Shown piece by piece: positions 37,794 to 39,257 of a DNA stretch of 39,257 bases. Below the pieces are notes generated by a model. The model saw nothing but the letters and a program-made list of their open reading frames with translations, searched no databases and was not told the DNA's origin. Numbering within the stretch: position 1 is the first letter of the stretch; the number at the start of each line of letters is the position of its first letter. Source of the DNA: a bacterium (GTDB lineage Bacteria; Patescibacteriota; Minisyncoccia; Phycocordibacterales; Phycocordibacteraceae); contig JAJYHF010000019.1 in the NCBI GenBank assembly GCA_021784875.1, positions 1 to 39,257 on the forward strand, written 5' to 3'. Both the position numbers and the translations under genes were made by a program.

Positions 37794-39257
37794 TCAGAAG
37801 AAGCTGCTTATCGCGAGCCAGAGCGCATGCAAGGCATTATAAACGGCGCTCATGAGCCGACTGAACCAACTGGCAGGAATCTGTTGAGAAGCGTCATAGA
37901 CGGAAGCGGTCTGAGGCGCGGGAGCTGCAGATGGAGAAGGCGCCTGGCTTCCGCCCGTGTCCGGTGCGGCCGAAGAACTCGCCACCGGCTGCGCGGGCGG
38001 GACTGGGGCGGGCTCCGCCGGAACTGCGAGCGCGACCGGCCCGCTCGACGCGGCTGCCGCAGGAACGTCTTGCCCTTCGAACGCAGGAGAAGTCTGACTC
38101 CCCGAATCCGGGTTTGAAGTCAGGCTTCCGCTCGTATCCGGTACGGAAGGAATACCGGCTGAATCCGGAACGGCAAACGGAGTATCCGATGGGGCCGCAG
38201 CGGGCACGGAAGCGAGAACCGGAATCGAGATACTCCCGTTCGGGGCAGGAGACGTCGCCACAGCCGGTGGCGAAGATTCTTGATCCGTCGAGCCGGCTGG
38301 AGCGGGTTGAGGTTCAGGTTCCGGCGCTGGCGTCTCCTCGGTCGAGGATGCGGTATCAGATCCACTGGTCTCGTCCGTCGACGTCGCGGAAGATGAATCG
38401 GGGACTGACTCATCAAGCGACGGATCATAAACGACGGTCTCCCCTGCCTGCGGCGTGACGGTCAGCACGTCCGTGCCGTCGCCATTCTCGTCGACCCGGA
38501 TCGGCGTCGGAGAACCGACGCTCGAGACCGAGAAAGTCGCCACCGTCTGCGCCGTCGTCGGTATGCCTGCGACGGAGCTCGTGGCGGTGATGGTCCCGCC
38601 CGATGACTCCTGCAGGTCGAGCGAGAACGTGCTGTCCCCTTGGCCGTCTATGGTGAGCTCGTACGGATCGCCCTCGGGAACGGTGACATACCTGACTCCT
38701 CCGAACTCGCCGTAGGTCGAGCCGGGAATGTCCTCCGTCATCGAGCCGTCCGGCGCGAGGCCAGTGACCTTGCCTGACGTGTCGGCGACCCGGAGCGTCG
38801 GCGACGAGTTGGCGGCCTCGGGTGTAGACGACGCACGGAGGAAGAAGAGGAGTTTCTTATCCGCGGCGTTCGGCGGCGGTGCGGTGGTGGTGATATAGGC
38901 CGGGAGCGTGCTCGTGCTGTTCTCGATAAGATTCTTTATGAAAGTCTGCAATGATGGCACTTCGAAAATGTCCGCATGAGTATGCTTTGTTCTTGTGTCT
39001 TTATAGTATGTACTTAAATCCAACCAATACCGCTTCACCTGCGTGCTTGAGGCCATCTCAAGCGCGCTCGGGACGGCGACCGTGCCGTCGCCATCCTCGG
39101 TGAAGATAGGGCGGTACGCGCGTGGCGCGGCTATCGCGAGCGCGCTTGAGAGGGGCGGCAAGGTGTAGAAGTCGATACCCGCGACAGTGTCGACGCCCCA
39201 GCCGGCAATCTCGTCGACCACGATGCCCGCGGGCGGCGACCAGCCGTCGAGGGAGTC
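37794..39257 (-). CDS. C-terminal part of a large exported protein, probable alpha/beta hydrolase (LCAT/lipase-like) with Pro/Ser/Ala-rich tail; 5' end lies beyond the window
   Basis: Frame is open to the window edge (DSLDGWSPPAGIVVDEIAGWG); DGDGTV and HADIF resemble LCAT-family Asp/His motifs; low-complexity linker and amphipathic C-terminus. Confidence 0.6.
   Translation of the reverse strand, partial: DSLDGWSPPAGIVVDEIAGWGVDTVAGIDFYTLPPLSSALAIAAPRAYRPIFTEDGDGTVAVPSALEMASSTQVKRYWLDLSTYYKDTRTKHTHADIFEVPSLQTFIKNLIENSTSTLPAYITTTAPPPNAADKKLLFFLRASSTPEAANSSPTLRVADTSGKVTGLAPDGSMTEDIPGSTYGEFGGVRYVTVPEGDPYELTIDGQGDSTFSLDLQESSGGTITATSSVAGIPTTAQTVATFSVSSVGSPTPIRVDENGDGTDVLTVTPQAGETVVYDPSLDESVPDSSSATSTDETSGSDTASSTEETPAPEPEPQPAPAGSTDQESSPPAVATSPAPNGSISIPVLASVPAAAPSDTPFAVPDSAGIPSVPDTSGSLTSNPDSGSQTSPAFEGQDVPAAAASSGPVALAVPAEPAPVPPAQPVASSSAAPDTGGSQAPSPSAAPAPQTASVYDASQQIPASWFSRLMSAVYNALHALWLAISSFF

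Noticed and set aside
37900..38420. Repetitive-looking sequence in the last ORF
   Set aside because: Low-complexity Pro/Ser/Ala coding linker with no fixed repeat-spacer period; not a CRISPR array.

Overview
This is a GC-rich, gene-dense bacterial chromosome segment read with genetic code 11. The compact enzymes, NusB-NUDIX fusion, short SMC, minimal RNase P RNA and mostly CCA-less tRNAs suggest Patescibacteria/CPR (Parcubacteria-like); that assignment is an inference. Core content: rnr, malic enzyme, smc, rnc, nusB, rpmF, two RNA methyltransferases, a DHH phosphoesterase, tsaD, valS, prsW, hsp20, lepA, murJ, recG, ftsH, smpB, mpg, pyrF, typA, an NRAMP-like transporter and tspO. RNA genes: five tRNAs (Val-GAC, Phe-GAA, Arg-CCT, Gly-CCC, Ile-TAT), RNase P RNA and tmRNA. 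No CRISPR array, integrase or transposase was seen. Most notable signals: (1) a duplicated promoter/hairpin/boxA-like/SD module in front of pyrF and a catalytically degenerate PyrE-like gene, in the same window as a NusB-NUDIX fusion; (2) window-wide leaderless gene architecture, including a symmetric bidirectional -10 box shared by ftsH and smpB and ORFs that start 1 nt after tRNA 3' ends; (3) palindromic elements inserted in frame in tsaD, valS and the malic enzyme; (4) tRNA-Ile(UAU) placed directly behind an HTH/LAGLIDADG-like gene with a palindromic operator; (5) an SMC with no visible hinge. All calls were made by eye, with no database searches.
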